A DNA stretch of 60,092 nt, counting the filler, from Malassezia furfur (taxonomy: Eukaryota), in the NCBI GenBank assembly GCA_052055015.1. It is 6 parts of 6 records of this genome, joined end to end, with 100 filler letters (N's around TTAATTAATTAA, not from the genome) between each part and the next. Parts side by side here need not be neighbours in the genome. Positions count along the whole stretch, not along the records: positions 1 to 10,139 come from JBQJIT010000403.1; positions 10,240 to 20,224 come from JBQJIT010000405.1; 4 more parts are not named here. One strand, written 5' to 3'. The notes below the pieces were generated by a model. It saw nothing but the letters and a program-made list of their open reading frames with translations, did not search any database and had not been told where the DNA came from. Every line of letters starts with the position of its first letter. Positions within the stretch are counted from its first letter, which is position 1. Shown here in pieces: positions 1 through 10,538 of this stretch. The position numbers were made by a program, and so were the translations under genes.

Positions 1-1005
1 GCAGCACCCAAGGCGGCGCCCGCGGCGCCCGCGGCGCCCGCGGCGCCAGCAGCGCCTACTGCGCCTGCTGCACCAGCTGCAGCGCCTGCGGCGCCCTCCG
101 GTCCCTCTACGACGATCCAGGCCACGCCTCAGGGACCCATCAAGATCCGTCACGACTACCAGCGCGAAGCCCGCACGGGCGCCGCGGCTCCCCAGACCAC
201 CGTGTGCCCCGTGTGTGGCGATACAGTGCCGATCGCGACGATGAGCGAGCACGTCCGTGTCGAGCTGCTCAACCCCAAGTTCCGCGAGGAGCGCCGGAAA
301 CTCGAGCAGCGGAAGCAGGAGCAGGCGAGTCTTGCCGAGGGCGCCGATCCCAGCCGCTTCCTCAAGCAGTTTGCCGGCGCGCGCACGGATCTTTTTGGTG
401 CGCAGGCCGACGAAGAGGCCCAGGCGCGACGCGAGGCTCAGGCACAGCAGCTTGCGCGCGAAAAGGTGCGGCACGTCTGGGACGGCCACACCAACAGCGC
501 GACGACGGCGCAGGACGCGCGCCAGCGCCAAGCACGGCTCGACGAGCAGATCACCCAGATGCAGCCGAGTGCGCCTGCGGCGCCCGTTGCGGGCCCGCAG
601 GCGCCCACGGTGCCCGCCAAGCGCCCGAGCGAAGATACCAGCGAAAAGAAGGCGGCGCCGCGGCTCGAGCCGCAGTACATCCCACGCAAGGAGGACGGGT
701 CGCTGTACGCCGAGTCCGAGTGGCTCAGCATGTATCCCTACCCTGTCATGGTGCAGGTCCGTCTGCCAAATGCGCCGCAGGTGTCGGCCAAGTGCAATGG
801 GCGCATGCTGCGCCTCGGCACGATGCCGCTCAGCACGACGATCGGCAGCATCCGCGACCGCGTACTGGTCGGCCCGCTGGAGCGCACGGTCGGTGCCAGC
901 AAGCTGAAGCTATGGATCGCGGGCAAGCCTGCGACGCTGCGGCAGACGCTTGCGTACTGGAATTTCGCCAACGGCGACACCATAGAGATGAGTGTAGGCA
1001 AGTAG
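1..1005 (+). CDS. PRP21: Splicing factor SF3A1/Prp21, 3' part (5'-truncated)
   Basis: Open frame from base 1; CPVCG..MSEHVRVELLNPKFREE motif, A..RTDLFG, WDGHT motif and a C-terminal ubiquitin-like domain, all typical of SF3a120. Confidence 0.88.
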   Translation, partial: AAPKAAPAAPAAPAAPAAPTAPAAPAAAPAAPSGPSTTIQATPQGPIKIRHDYQREARTGAAAPQTTVCPVCGDTVPIATMSEHVRVELLNPKFREERRKLEQRKQEQASLAEGADPSRFLKQFAGARTDLFGAQADEEAQARREAQAQQLAREKVRHVWDGHTNSATTAQDARQRQARLDEQITQMQPSAPAAPVAGPQAPTVPAKRPSEDTSEKKAAPRLEPQYIPRKEDGSLYAESEWLSMYPYPVMVQVRLPNAPQVSAKCNGRMLRLGTMPLSTTIGSIRDRVLVGPLERTVGASKLKLWIAGKPATLRQTLAYWNFANGDTIEMSVGK

Positions 1006-1104
1006 GCGAGCCACTTGCACGGTGTTGCGCGCGCATCCAATCTGGCGCATTTTGGGCCTCCACCCGACTCCACTCTAGTGTCCCCACGCACGACCGAGGC
1101 GGGG

Positions 1105-2535
1105 ATGGACGGCTCGTTGGAGCCGCTGCCCGTCGCGCTATGGGAGCATCCACCGCCGTTCGTATTCAGCGTGCCCGTACAGACGCTCGGGATGGGTGTG
1201 GTGTTTGCGATCGCGACGGTAATGACGGTCAATTTAACGTTTACCGCGCCGTACCACTACCCCCTGAGCAAATGCAACTACATCCTGCAGCTGACCGCGG
1301 CATTTCTGTTCCTCATCACGGTCGCGACGTCACTCTCCATCATGGTTCATACCCTCGCGACGCGCGCCGCACAGGAGCCGCACCTGTTCCCCTACTTACC
1401 CGAGACGCTACCTTCGCGCGACTGGACCCTGGCACAGCAAGTGCTCTTCCTGCTGATGCAGGCGGTTTCGGTCTCGATGGCCAATGTACGTGTCGCGCTC
1501 ACGCAGTTCACGCATATCCAGTTTCTCACGCTGCTCTTTCCTTCGAAGCTCGAGATGCGTCTCATTGTCTGGCTCATGAGCCCCGTCGTCCTAGCACAGT
1601 TTGGCCTGTTCTTTATGTTCTACGTCGAGGACGTCGGCGCCGAGATCCAGGACATATGCGAGTGCACACTGTCGCTGCTGTACACTGCGGCGCTCGTGAT
1701 CTGGGGCACGTTAATCAATCGCCAGCGAGCCTGGCGCCGCGACGGCGCGACGGCGCTGTTCGGCACCGCGACGATCGTCATGGCGCTTATCAAGACGCTC
1801 GTGAGCTACATCCACATGGCCTACGAGGATGCCTACTGGATTTTGCTTGTGTCTTGGGCACTGACTATCTGGCAGAGCTGGCTCGGTTTCTGGTGGTGGG
1901 TGAGTGCGGGAATGGGCATCGGCGAGGTCGAGGACCGCCTGCGGCGCCAGGAGCGCGCACGCAAACGCTACTACAAGCGCCGGTCACGCAAGGCCCGCGC
2001 GGATGCGGCAGCGGCAGCAGCAGCGGCAGAAACAGCGGCAACAGCCACTGCGCCGAACGACGACGCGTCGCAGCAGCTGCTTCTACGCACGCTGCGCACG
2101 CTGCGGCCAGCTGACAGCGAGCATGAGCCGCTTTCGCCAACATCTGCGCCATCCGCAGCATACGACACCTCGGTGCCGGCTACCGACGGCGACATCGACC
2201 CAACGCACTCGACGACCGACCACTCGAGCTCGAACCAGTCGACGTGGGTCAGGCGCGTGCAGCAGACGCTAGGCCGCTTCCTTCCTGCGTCAGCGTCGCG
2301 ACGGATGGAGACACTGCGGCACGAGCACCAGCGTGGCGTGCTGAACGCGGCGCTCAAACAGGTCGACGCGTACCAGAGCGTAGTTACGCGCGCGCAGGCC
2401 GCGCGCGGCCAGGCGCTCCGCGACTTGCGCATGCTCCGGCGCAAGTCGGCGCGCGTTGCGGGTGGTGCCGACGACGCGCCTGAGACGGGTGCGTTTGCGC
2501 GCCTCCGGCGCCAGGACCGCACGACGTACGAATAG
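1105..2535 (+). CDS. RRA1: 7-TM PalH/Rim21-like pH sensor, basidiomycete Rra1 type, copy 1
   Basis: Seven hydrophobic segments followed by an Arg/Lys-rich charged stretch (EVEDRLRRQERARKRYYKRRSRK). In-frame 21-nt intron 1486-1506 (GTACGT..CTCACGCAG) at the same position as the paralog's intron. Confidence 0.72.
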   Translation: MDGSLEPLPVALWEHPPPFVFSVPVQTLGMGVVFAIATVMTVNLTFTAPYHYPLSKCNYILQLTAAFLFLITVATSLSIMVHTLATRAAQEPHLFPYLPETLPSRDWTLAQQVLFLLMQAVSVSMANVRVALTQFTHIQFLTLLFPSKLEMRLIVWLMSPVVLAQFGLFFMFYVEDVGAEIQDICECTLSLLYTAALVIWGTLINRQRAWRRDGATALFGTATIVMALIKTLVSYIHMAYEDAYWILLVSWALTIWQSWLGFWWWVSAGMGIGEVEDRLRRQERARKRYYKRRSRKARADAAAAAAAAETAATATAPNDDASQQLLLRTLRTLRPADSEHEPLSPTSAPSAAYDTSVPATDGDIDPTHSTTDHSSSNQSTWVRRVQQTLGRFLPASASRRMETLRHEHQRGVLNAALKQVDAYQSVVTRAQAARGQALRDLRMLRRKSARVAGGADDAPETGAFARLRRQDRTTYE

Positions 2536-2617
2536 AGATACCCTAGGCACGGTGCAGGTGGAGGCCGTGCACTGACCGCTTTCCTTCGCCAGCGCGCTCG
2601 ACGGCGCGCGGCGTACG

Positions 2618-3921
2618 ATGAGCGAGAATGTAACCATCTACGCGAGCGGCACGCCGACCTTTCCGCGCAGCGTGCCGGTTGAGACGATGTCACTGGGGAT
2701 GATGCTCGCGATGGCGGCCATCATGGCGCTGCATCTCGTGTTTACTGCGCCGTACCACTACCCCCTGAGCCGCCCCAACTTTGTGCTGCAGCTCATTGCT
2801 GCGGTGCTGTTTCTCATCCTGGTCGCAGCTTCCGTTGGCTACATTCTGTGGGAGTTGCGTATGCGCGCGATGCAGGTGCCACACCTGTTTCCGTATCTCT
2901 CGCAACCGATCCCCCCCAAAGACGGGCGATGGACGATGGTGCAAAAAGTCTTTTTCGAGGTGCTGCTCTCGCTCACCGTGTTCACGTCGCACGTACGTCA
3001 CAAAGGCTCACACAGGCGACACACATCCAATTTCTCACACTGCTCTTCCCCTCGAAGCTCGAGGTGTGGCTCATCCTGTGGCTTCTCGTCCCGCTGGTGG
3101 TGGTGCAGTTTGTTACATTCTACTTCAAACTTATTCCGAGCACGAGTATCGCGCAGCCGATCGGCGACGTGATCCAGGACATTTGCGAGAGTACGCTGTC
3201 GCTGCTGTACTCGTTCGCACTCATCGCATGGAGCACGCTCGTCAACCGGCGGCGCGCCTGGCGCATGGACGGTGCAGCGGCACTGTTTGGCATTGCGGCG
3301 CTCGTCACGGCGTTTGGCAAAACGGTCACAAGCTATGTGCACATCCGCTTCGAGCGCGCCTACTGGATCCTCGTGATCTCGTGGGCGCTTACCATCTGGC
3401 AGAGCTGGCTCGGCTTTTGGTGGTGGGTGAGCGCGGGGATGGGCATCGGCGAGGTCGAGGACCGATTGCGGCGGCAGCAGCGCGCACGCCAGCGCTATCT
3501 GCACCGCAAGGAGCAGCGGTACGCGCGACGTGCATCGGCGCGTGCCGATGCCAGCGCTACGACGTCTACACGCGCACGGAGCTCGACGGCGCCTAGCCAG
3601 TCTCCGGGTGCTGAAGGCGAGATGGCGCGCTCGACGTCGTATGCCATGTCATCTGAGGCGCTCCTCTGGATCCTGCGCATGGGTCGCACGGTGTACCGTT
3701 TCCTGCCTGCGGCGATGCGGCGGCGGCTCGACGAGGTGCAGCGAGAGCACGACCGTGCGGTGCTCGAGGCGGCCGTACGGCAGATGGATGTGGTGCAGCA
3801 GGTCACAACGCGCCCCAACATGCTGCACGAGCGCACGCTATTCCATGTGCAGCGTGAAGGGCGGCAGGCGCGTGACGATGATGGCGACCCGAGCGCGACC
3901 TGTGCGACGCAGCGTGTGTAG
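2618..3921 (+). CDS. RRA1: 7-TM PalH/Rim21-like pH sensor, Rra1 type, copy 2
   Basis: Paralog of 1105-2535 (FTAPYHYPLS, THIQFLTLLFPSKLE, identical 33-aa SWALTIWQ..RLRRQ block). A 23-nt intron at 2993-3015 joins the two ORF-track frames. Confidence 0.72.
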
Positions 3922-3934
3922 ACGAGATACCCAG

Positions 3935-4727
3935 CTATGACGATGTACGGAGATAGTCAAAGCGCGACTCGATCGTCTGCTGCAGCTTGGGCCAGATTTC
4001 GTTGCTCGTGCGCCCCGCGAGGTCCACGAGGAGTGGCTGGCTCGGGTCCGAGGGCGCTTGCAACGTGCGGAAGTAGTTGATCATCGGCTCGGTTTTGGCA
4101 TGGAAGGATTCGATGCGCTTGCGGAAGGTCTCTGGGTTGTCGTCTTCGCGCTTTTCGAGTGGCTCGCCGGTGACGTCGTCGACGCCGGGCGTCTTGGGCG
4201 GGTTGTACGAGAGGTTACTGGGTGAGTTTGGCACGTACTATACACGCCCCGACGGGATGTGCGTCCAGCGGTCGAGCACACGCTGCAGAATCACCTCCTC
4301 TGGCACACACAGGTTGACCACGAGCGAGAGCGGGCGGTGCTCGCGCTGGAGCATGTCGTTCAGGAGCGACGCCTGCCCGCTCGTGCGGGGGAACCCGTCG
4401 AGAATCCAGTTGGCGTCGCCCATCTCGTCGAGCTTTTGGCCCACGAGCGCCATCATCGTTTTGTCCGGCATAAGTTTGCCTGCACGAATCACCTCGGTGG
4501 CCTCGCGGCCCAGCTCGGTGCCGTGAGTCGTGTGCCAGCGGAGCAGGTCGCCGGCGGTGATGATCGGCACGCCGTATTTTTGCTCAACCCGTGCCGAGAG
4601 CGTGCCCTTGCCAGATCCCTGCGTCAGTATGTGTACAACGTACCGGGCATCCCATGATCAGCATCCGGAGTCGGCGTGGCCGTGCGGCCGTCGCGAGCGT
4701 GCGCGCACCCAGACCGGCCCGGAGCAT
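3935..4727 (-). CDS. ADK2: Mitochondrial adenylate kinase / GTP:AMP phosphotransferase (AK3 type)
   Basis: Spliced protein MLRAG..LIMGCPGSGKGT (P-loop), WILDGFPR, RWTHIPSGRVYNLSYNPP (LID). Introns 4619-4643 (25 nt) and 4218-4238 (21 nt; stop if retained). Confidence 0.9.
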
Positions 4728-4895
4728 GACGGCGTGTGGAGTCGCCGGTGCGGGTGCGGGGGGGCCGGAGTGCGCATCAAAGATCGGGCAGGTCAGGGCA
4801 GCGGATCGAGATTAAAGCCGCGCAAAAAGAAATCAACGGGCGGTCGGGGGATAAGGGGTCTATTCAGCTATCGTGGGTCGGCCTCCGCGGTGCGC

Positions 4896-7439
4896 TCATG
4901 CGTCGTCGGCGCGGAAAGTGAGCGGCTCGAACGGATAACCGCCTGCCTCGTAGTGCTTCGAGCCCGCCTCGACCCAGTGCAGACGGAGCGCGTGCAGGAA
5001 GGCCGAGAGACCCTCCATGATACACAGGATAAAGATGGTCAGGATGAACCAGAGTGCGAACGCAAACATGGTGGCCATCACGCCAAAGATGCCCGTCATG
5101 CCGAACACATTCTTGATCGTCATGTCCCACAGCACCTGCGACAGCTGTGCGTGGGCGAGCGAGAGCGCCCAGAGACGCAGGTAGGACGCGGTGTTGGAGA
5201 TGCACCCGAGACAGAACTCGATCGTGTGGATGATTTGGTGGATGACGACCTCGCCGATCTCGAACTCCTCCTCTTCCTCGCCGTCGCCGCCGTGGTGCGC
5301 CTCGACGGCGTCGTCCTCCTCGCCAAACACCTCGCGCTCGTCCTCATTCTGCTCGATGCGCTGCTCGCCGCGGGCCGAGCCGACGGTGTGGTATCCCTCG
5401 GCGCGCTTGTGCTCCTGGTAGAGCAGGTAGGGCTTGGCGACGAGCATCCACGGCACACACACCAGCGCGAGGAGGAGCAGGAACGACTGGACGCTCGCCT
5501 GCCCCGGGAAGAGCTGGTCGTTGGGGTCCACGACGCCGGGCTTGAGGAACATGTAGATCAGCATGTTGAGCAGCCCCGGCGGAGAGTTGCGGAAGGAGTG
5601 GCCGTCGGCGTCGGTGGCGTACCAATCGACGGACCACTTGTACACGATGGTGATCACCAGGTAGCCGAACAGCGACTCCATGAACAGGATCTGCGGCACG
5701 AGCTCGGCCCAGATCCACGAGGGCCGCTTGAAGTGGATGTGGTTCGGCACGTTGAGCAGGAGCGCAAACGTCATCTGCGCGACACCGAGCACGATCGAGA
5801 GCTTCATCTTGAGCGAGTTGGTGAACACGAGGTTGTTCTCCGCGCCGTGCCACGTCGGGTCGAGGCCGATGGGGTACACGCGCCCCGTCGGCTCGGCGGT
5901 GAGCGAGCCCTCGCCGCGCGGCCACTCCCAGCCGGTGTGCCAGAGGTGCATCGAGAGCGAGAAGATGTCGTTGTACAGCAGGCCGGTGAAGACGGCAAAG
6001 GCGCCCATCAGGAGAATGATGTAGCGGCCGTAGAAGAACATCGAGGTGATCTCGTCGAGCTTGGTGCGCAGCATCTTTTGCTCGTACGCCACCATCGCGC
6101 CGGCGCACAGCAGCAGAATCACACCGTGCCCGATATCGCCAAACATCACCGCGAACAGAAACGGGAAGGTGATCACCGCAAACAGACCCGGGTTCACCTC
6201 CTGGTACGTCGCGAAGCCGTACGCGTCAATGATCGCCTGGAAGCCCTCGGTGAACTTGTTCACGCGCTGGTACGTCGGCGGCGTCGCCTTGGTCGGCAGC
6301 ACCTGCAGCACCGACGAGACGTGCGCGCCCGTGTCTTCGGTCGCGCGGCGCAGCGCGAGCTGCACGCCGGGCAGGTCGCTCGTGGGCGTCCAGCCCTCGG
6401 CGACCATCGTCTTTTGCCGCGGGTCGTTCTGGAAGAGGTTCATCGTGGCGTACACGAGCTTTTCCTTGCGCACCACCTCGTGCCACGCGGTGATCGACTC
6501 GGCGGCCTTGAGCAGCTCGGCGCGGCGCGCGGCGCTCGTGCTGTGCAGGATGTTCTCGTGGTCCTCGATGCGTTCCAGCACGTCGTGGAGCCGCGCATCG
6601 CGCTGCGCCGCGTCGCTCTCGACCGGGAACAGCGTCCCGCCCATCGACTCGGCGATCTTGCGGATCTTGGCGAGGACGGTGGCGCCGTGCGCAAAGATCA
6701 CGAACACGTTCTTAAACACCAAGTCGTCGTGCGACGCATCCGCAAAGCCCTGCGGGATCTCGGCGTAGTTCATAAACAGGTTGCCGCGCAGCGCACGCCA
6801 AAGCACGCGCTCGAGCGTCGCCATCTGCGCGCGGTCGATCGTGCCCGCGACAAACTCGAGGTCGAACGAGGCGGGGGGTGCGGCGCGCATCCCCTCGATG
6901 CCCGTGGGGCGCGCGCCGTCGAGCAGCGGCGCGTGCGGCGCATCGTCGTCCATGCTCAGCCGCACCTGTTCGGGCTGCGCCTCGGCGTGCTCGAAAAAGA
7001 CGGCCGTCTCGCGGATAACGTGCTTGGCCTCCTCGAGCTCCTTCAGGCGCCGCTGCAGCGCCGTGTAGCTCGAGTTCATCTGCCCCACGCGGTCGCCCAG
7101 CTCGTTGAGCTGCGTTGCGAGCTGCTCCATAAACAGCGGCGTGCGCGTCGCCTCGGCGCCGCCGAGCATCGGCAGCGCGCTCTCGAGCGGGCGCGCGGGA
7201 ATCGCCTCGCGCTCAAGCTGCTCCTCGAGGAACTGCACGCGGCGCTCCATCTCGTCCAGACGGCGGATATCGGCGACAAACGTCCGCTGGAACGGCGCCG
7301 CATCGGGGTTCAGGTCCTTGAACTGCACGGTACCGAGCTCGCCCAGCTCCGTGACCGTCGCATGCACGCTCTCGGACGGCATGTACAGCTGGATCAGCGA
7401 CATGGTCGCCGACCGGAACAGGCTCTCCTCGCCGCCCAT
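4896..7439 (-). CDS. VPH1: V-ATPase V0 subunit a
   Basis: SLFRS..MSLIQLY N-terminus, FPFLFAVMFGD, IHTIEFCLGCISNTASYLRLWALSLAH, LHALRLHWVE. Confidence 0.96.
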   Translation of the reverse strand: MGGEESLFRSATMSLIQLYMPSESVHATVTELGELGTVQFKDLNPDAAPFQRTFVADIRRLDEMERRVQFLEEQLEREAIPARPLESALPMLGGAEATRTPLFMEQLATQLNELGDRVGQMNSSYTALQRRLKELEEAKHVIRETAVFFEHAEAQPEQVRLSMDDDAPHAPLLDGARPTGIEGMRAAPPASFDLEFVAGTIDRAQMATLERVLWRALRGNLFMNYAEIPQGFADASHDDLVFKNVFVIFAHGATVLAKIRKIAESMGGTLFPVESDAAQRDARLHDVLERIEDHENILHSTSAARRAELLKAAESITAWHEVVRKEKLVYATMNLFQNDPRQKTMVAEGWTPTSDLPGVQLALRRATEDTGAHVSSVLQVLPTKATPPTYQRVNKFTEGFQAIIDAYGFATYQEVNPGLFAVITFPFLFAVMFGDIGHGVILLLCAGAMVAYEQKMLRTKLDEITSMFFYGRYIILLMGAFAVFTGLLYNDIFSLSMHLWHTGWEWPRGEGSLTAEPTGRVYPIGLDPTWHGAENNLVFTNSLKMKLSIVLGVAQMTFALLLNVPNHIHFKRPSWIWAELVPQILFMESLFGYLVITIVYKWSVDWYATDADGHSFRNSPPGLLNMLIYMFLKPGVVDPNDQLFPGQASVQSFLLLLALVCVPWMLVAKPYLLYQEHKRAEGYHTVGSARGEQRIEQNEDEREVFGEEDDAVEAHHGGDGEEEEEFEIGEVVIHQIIHTIEFCLGCISNTASYLRLWALSLAHAQLSQVLWDMTIKNVFGMTGIFGVMATMFAFALWFILTIFILCIMEGLSAFLHALRLHWVEAGSKHYEAGGYPFEPLTFRADDA

Positions 7440-7555
7440 CGTCGCTCGCACCAGGCCGCCGTGCCGGGCCCGCTCGCCCTCTCGCTCGCCGCGGTGGAGG
7501 CTCGGCCGAACTCGGGAGCGACGCACGTGGCGGTCGTCCCCCCACCGCCTCCACG

Positions 7556-9718
7556 ATGCGCCTCGCTGCTCGCGCGCGCGGCTGCGGCGTCCGCGCCGTG
7601 GCGCTCGCCGTGGCGCTCGCTGCGGCCGTGCCAGGGACGCTCGCCAGCTTCGGGTTCGCCCCGAAGCGTTTCAAGGAAGAGGGGCTCGTCGACGTCGGCG
7701 CACTCGGCCTCGGCAACGTCTCCGGCGCCCTGGTCGCGTGGGGCCACTACAACGACGACCGCTTCCTCGACGCGTTCGTCACGAACGCCGAGCGCACCGC
7801 CGTGCAGATCCACGAGTGGGTGCACCTCGAGTTTGCGTTCAACGCGACGCCCGCCGCCGTGCTCCAGGTGCCGTCGGACTTGCGCATCGTCAACGTCGTG
7901 CCGGCCGACTTTACGTACGACGGCCGCGTCGACGTGCTGGTGATGGCGGAGCCGGTCACACGCACGCCCACCACGGCGCCCATCTCGCTCATCCTGTGGC
8001 CGTCGACACCCGACGGCCTCGGCGCGCCCATCGCGCTGCCCGGCGCCGCGCACGCACAGCCGCTTGCGCTCGACGCGACGGGCGATTTGCAGGTGGATCT
8101 GCTGGGCCACGCGGCGGCGCCACCACCACCACCACCACCGTCGCCATCGGGTGCGGCGGCCGTAGGCACCCCCGTGGCACCGACCCCGCCGCCGCTGTCG
8201 ATCTGGCGCAACGAGTTTGTGCACAACGGCACGTTTTCGCTCGTTGCGCCGCAGCTCGTCTCAGACACCCCCGTGCCCGGGTGCCAACTGGGCGCGCCGC
8301 ACTCGTCCGCCCTGGTGGACATCAACGGCGACTGTGTCGCTGACCTGTTTCTCGTGTGTGCGACGCGCGACCCTGCGCAATATACCTACCAGATCTGGAC
8401 GGCGCGCACCGATGCGCCGCTCCAGTACACGCTCGCGCAGACGGGGGACCTGCCGCGCAACGCTGGCCCCTTGTCGTTTGCGGACATGAACCGCGACGGG
8501 ACGATCGATGTGGTGTTTTCGACGTGCGAGCGCGGGCGGTGCATGGTGCACATTGCGTTCAACGAGCAGATGCCGCTGTGCGACAACGAGGCGTCGTTCT
8601 GGCCGCCGCACGCGCCCGAGGCGCCCGAGGCGGGGCGGTCTGGCGGCGGGCCCGGCGGCGGTGCGGCGTGCCGCGACCCGCTGCGCCTGTGCACTGCCGA
8701 CGACCACTTCCGCCTGGACTTTACGGTGGCGAACGACAACCCGCTGCTGCAGAGCCTCGACGTCGCGGAGCTGACGGGCGATGCGCAGCTGCTCACGTAC
8801 GACGACCTGGCGCCGACGCCGACGCCCGTGCCGATCCGCATCGGCGATCCGAACCTCGACGGCTACCCCGACCTGCTGCTGGTGACCGTGCCCCGCGGCG
8901 CGAAGCCGGGCGAGACGCGCGTGCGCCTGCTCGAGAGCGTGGCGTGTGCGCGGCGCAGCACGGCGCCCGGGTGTGTCGCGGGCCGTGCGTGGCGCACGTT
9001 TGAGCGCGTGCAGCACACGGTGCTGGACGCGTATACCTATGCGCGGAGTGCGTCGTTTGTGGACCTTGACGAGGACGGCACGCTGGACATTGCGGTGCAG
9101 TCGCTGCCCGGTGTGCAGCTGCGTGGCTCGATGGCGCGCGCCGTGTCGTTTGTGCTGAACAACTACTTCCACGACGCCTTTTTCCTCAAGGCGCTCACGC
9201 TGAACGGCGCGTGCCGCGGGCGGTGTGAGCCGCGCGACGCGCCCGCGTTTGCGCCGTGGGGCGCGGGCCTGGCGGGCGCGACGTACAAGTTCACCGTGCT
9301 GGACCCCAACGGCGTGCGGCGCGCGCAGCAGGTGATGCAGCAGCCGCAGACGGCGTACGGTGCGCTGCAGCCGCCGTCGGCGTTCTTTGGGCTGGGCCGC
9401 ACGAACAACTACGTCGAGTCGCTGTTTGTCGGGAGCACGCGGCGGCAGCCGCAGCCGTTTGTCGTGATGGAGGGCGTCATCCCGAACAGCGAGGTGGTCG
9501 TGGCGCCGTGGCAGGACGCGGCGGCGCCGACGCCCGCGACGTGGCACCGCGAGCTGTACCTGCACCCCGGCGACTGGATCCCGCTGGTCACGGCGGCGCT
9601 CGCGGCGCTGCTCGTGCTGCTCGGCGCGATCGTCGCGGCGCTCGACCTCAACGAGAAGCGCGAGGACGAGCGCGAGCGGCAGCGCGCCGTGCACGCGATC
9701 AACTTTGACGCTTTGTAG
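7556..9718 (+). CDS. ITFG1/TIP/LINKIN-family FG-GAP repeat single-pass membrane protein
   Basis: Signal-like N-terminus, repeated D-x-N/D-x-D-G-x-x-D motifs, FGLGRTNNYVE, IPNS, C-terminal TM and tail EKREDERERQRAVHAINFDAL resembling the conserved LINKIN tail. Confidence 0.85.
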   Translation: MRLAARARGCGVRAVALAVALAAAVPGTLASFGFAPKRFKEEGLVDVGALGLGNVSGALVAWGHYNDDRFLDAFVTNAERTAVQIHEWVHLEFAFNATPAAVLQVPSDLRIVNVVPADFTYDGRVDVLVMAEPVTRTPTTAPISLILWPSTPDGLGAPIALPGAAHAQPLALDATGDLQVDLLGHAAAPPPPPPPSPSGAAAVGTPVAPTPPPLSIWRNEFVHNGTFSLVAPQLVSDTPVPGCQLGAPHSSALVDINGDCVADLFLVCATRDPAQYTYQIWTARTDAPLQYTLAQTGDLPRNAGPLSFADMNRDGTIDVVFSTCERGRCMVHIAFNEQMPLCDNEASFWPPHAPEAPEAGRSGGGPGGGAACRDPLRLCTADDHFRLDFTVANDNPLLQSLDVAELTGDAQLLTYDDLAPTPTPVPIRIGDPNLDGYPDLLLVTVPRGAKPGETRVRLLESVACARRSTAPGCVAGRAWRTFERVQHTVLDAYTYARSASFVDLDEDGTLDIAVQSLPGVQLRGSMARAVSFVLNNYFHDAFFLKALTLNGACRGRCEPRDAPAFAPWGAGLAGATYKFTVLDPNGVRRAQQVMQQPQTAYGALQPPSAFFGLGRTNNYVESLFVGSTRRQPQPFVVMEGVIPNSEVVVAPWQDAAAPTPATWHRELYLHPGDWIPLVTAALAALLVLLGAIVAALDLNEKREDERERQRAVHAINFDAL

Positions 9719-9849
9719 TCTTTAGTCATCCAACACGAACGCGGCGCCTCGCTGCTGCTGTCGTCGCCGGGGGGCCCGTGTGGGCCACGTGGGTGGCAGG
9801 TGAGTGCGTCTTGGCCCTGTACGACCGCAGCTGCGAGGGCGTGTGCGTG

Positions 9850-10139
9850 ATGGCCACGACCTGGGGCGCGCACGATGCGCGCTGGACGCTACTCGGCGTG
9901 CTGCTCGTGCCGCTCGGCCTCCTTCTCGTGCTCAACCTCGCGATACCGCGCGTGGCGCGCGCGGTGCTGCGCGGCCGCCTGACGGTGGGCCTCGTGGACC
10001 TGCTCACGGGCGTGCACGAGCTGGCCTACTATCGCCCGGGCGAGACCGCGCATGCGCTGCGCGTGCGCCGCGCGTATATCGCGCTGCATCTGCCGCGTCT
10101 GCGCGCGAGCCACCAGGGCACGAGCCGCGTGCGCCTCGT
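9850..10139 (+). CDS. 5' fragment of a protein with an N-terminal TM anchor, truncated by gap (possibly Fmp27/Hobbit-like, weak)
   Basis: ATG 9850 downstream of a CACGTG box; hydrophobic LLGVLLVPLGLLLVLNLAI; frame open into the gap. Confidence 0.4.
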
Positions 10140-10239
10140 NNNNNNNNNNNNNNNNNNNNNNNNNNNNNNNNNNNNNNNNNNNNTTAATTAATTAANNNNN
10201 NNNNNNNNNNNNNNNNNNNNNNNNNNNNNNNNNNNNNNN
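10140..10239. other. Artificial contig spacer (N run + TTAATTAATTAA)
   Basis: 100-nt N block with a six-frame stop linker; repeated identically five times. Confidence 0.98.
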
Positions 10240-10538
10240 CACGACGACGTCGGCGGCGGCGGCGGCCCCGGCGGCGCCCCCTGCGTACTCGGCGGCGGCG
10301 CCCGCATCCAAGGGCGACTATGTCGTGGCACTGTACGACTACACTGCGACGGTACGCTACTTCGTGACTGACCCAGGCGGCTGGCGACCTCACCTTCAAG
10401 GCCGGCGACCAGATCGAGGTGGTGCAACGCACCCCGAGCACCGAGGACTGGTGGACCGGTCGGCTGAATGGCGTGCAGGGCGTGTTCCCAGGGTACGTAC
10501 GCGCCGACTCACGCAGCAACTATGTACGCGAAGCCTAA
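10240..10538 (+). CDS. RVS167: Rvs167/amphiphysin C-terminal SH3 domain (5'-truncated)
   Basis: After removing introns 10352-10376 (25 nt) and 10493-10516 (24 nt): [60 protein letters not shown]. Confidence 0.82.

Noticed and set aside
12..95. (GCGGCGCCC)n repeat at the window start and similar repeats at contig ends (30215-30269, 50164-50202)
   Set aside because: Ala/Pro-rich coding low-complexity linkers; not CRISPR, telomeric or mobile-element sequence.
4530..7943. 1137-aa plus-strand ORF (also 46313-49474, 54290-56071 and many other long ORFs)
   Set aside because: Antisense or alternate-frame shadows of real genes, caused by extreme GC3 bias; no recognisable motifs.
10184..10195. TTAATTAATTAA palindromic repeat recurring every ~10 kb
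   Set aside because: It is embedded in N runs and is a six-frame stop linker added during assembly, not biology.
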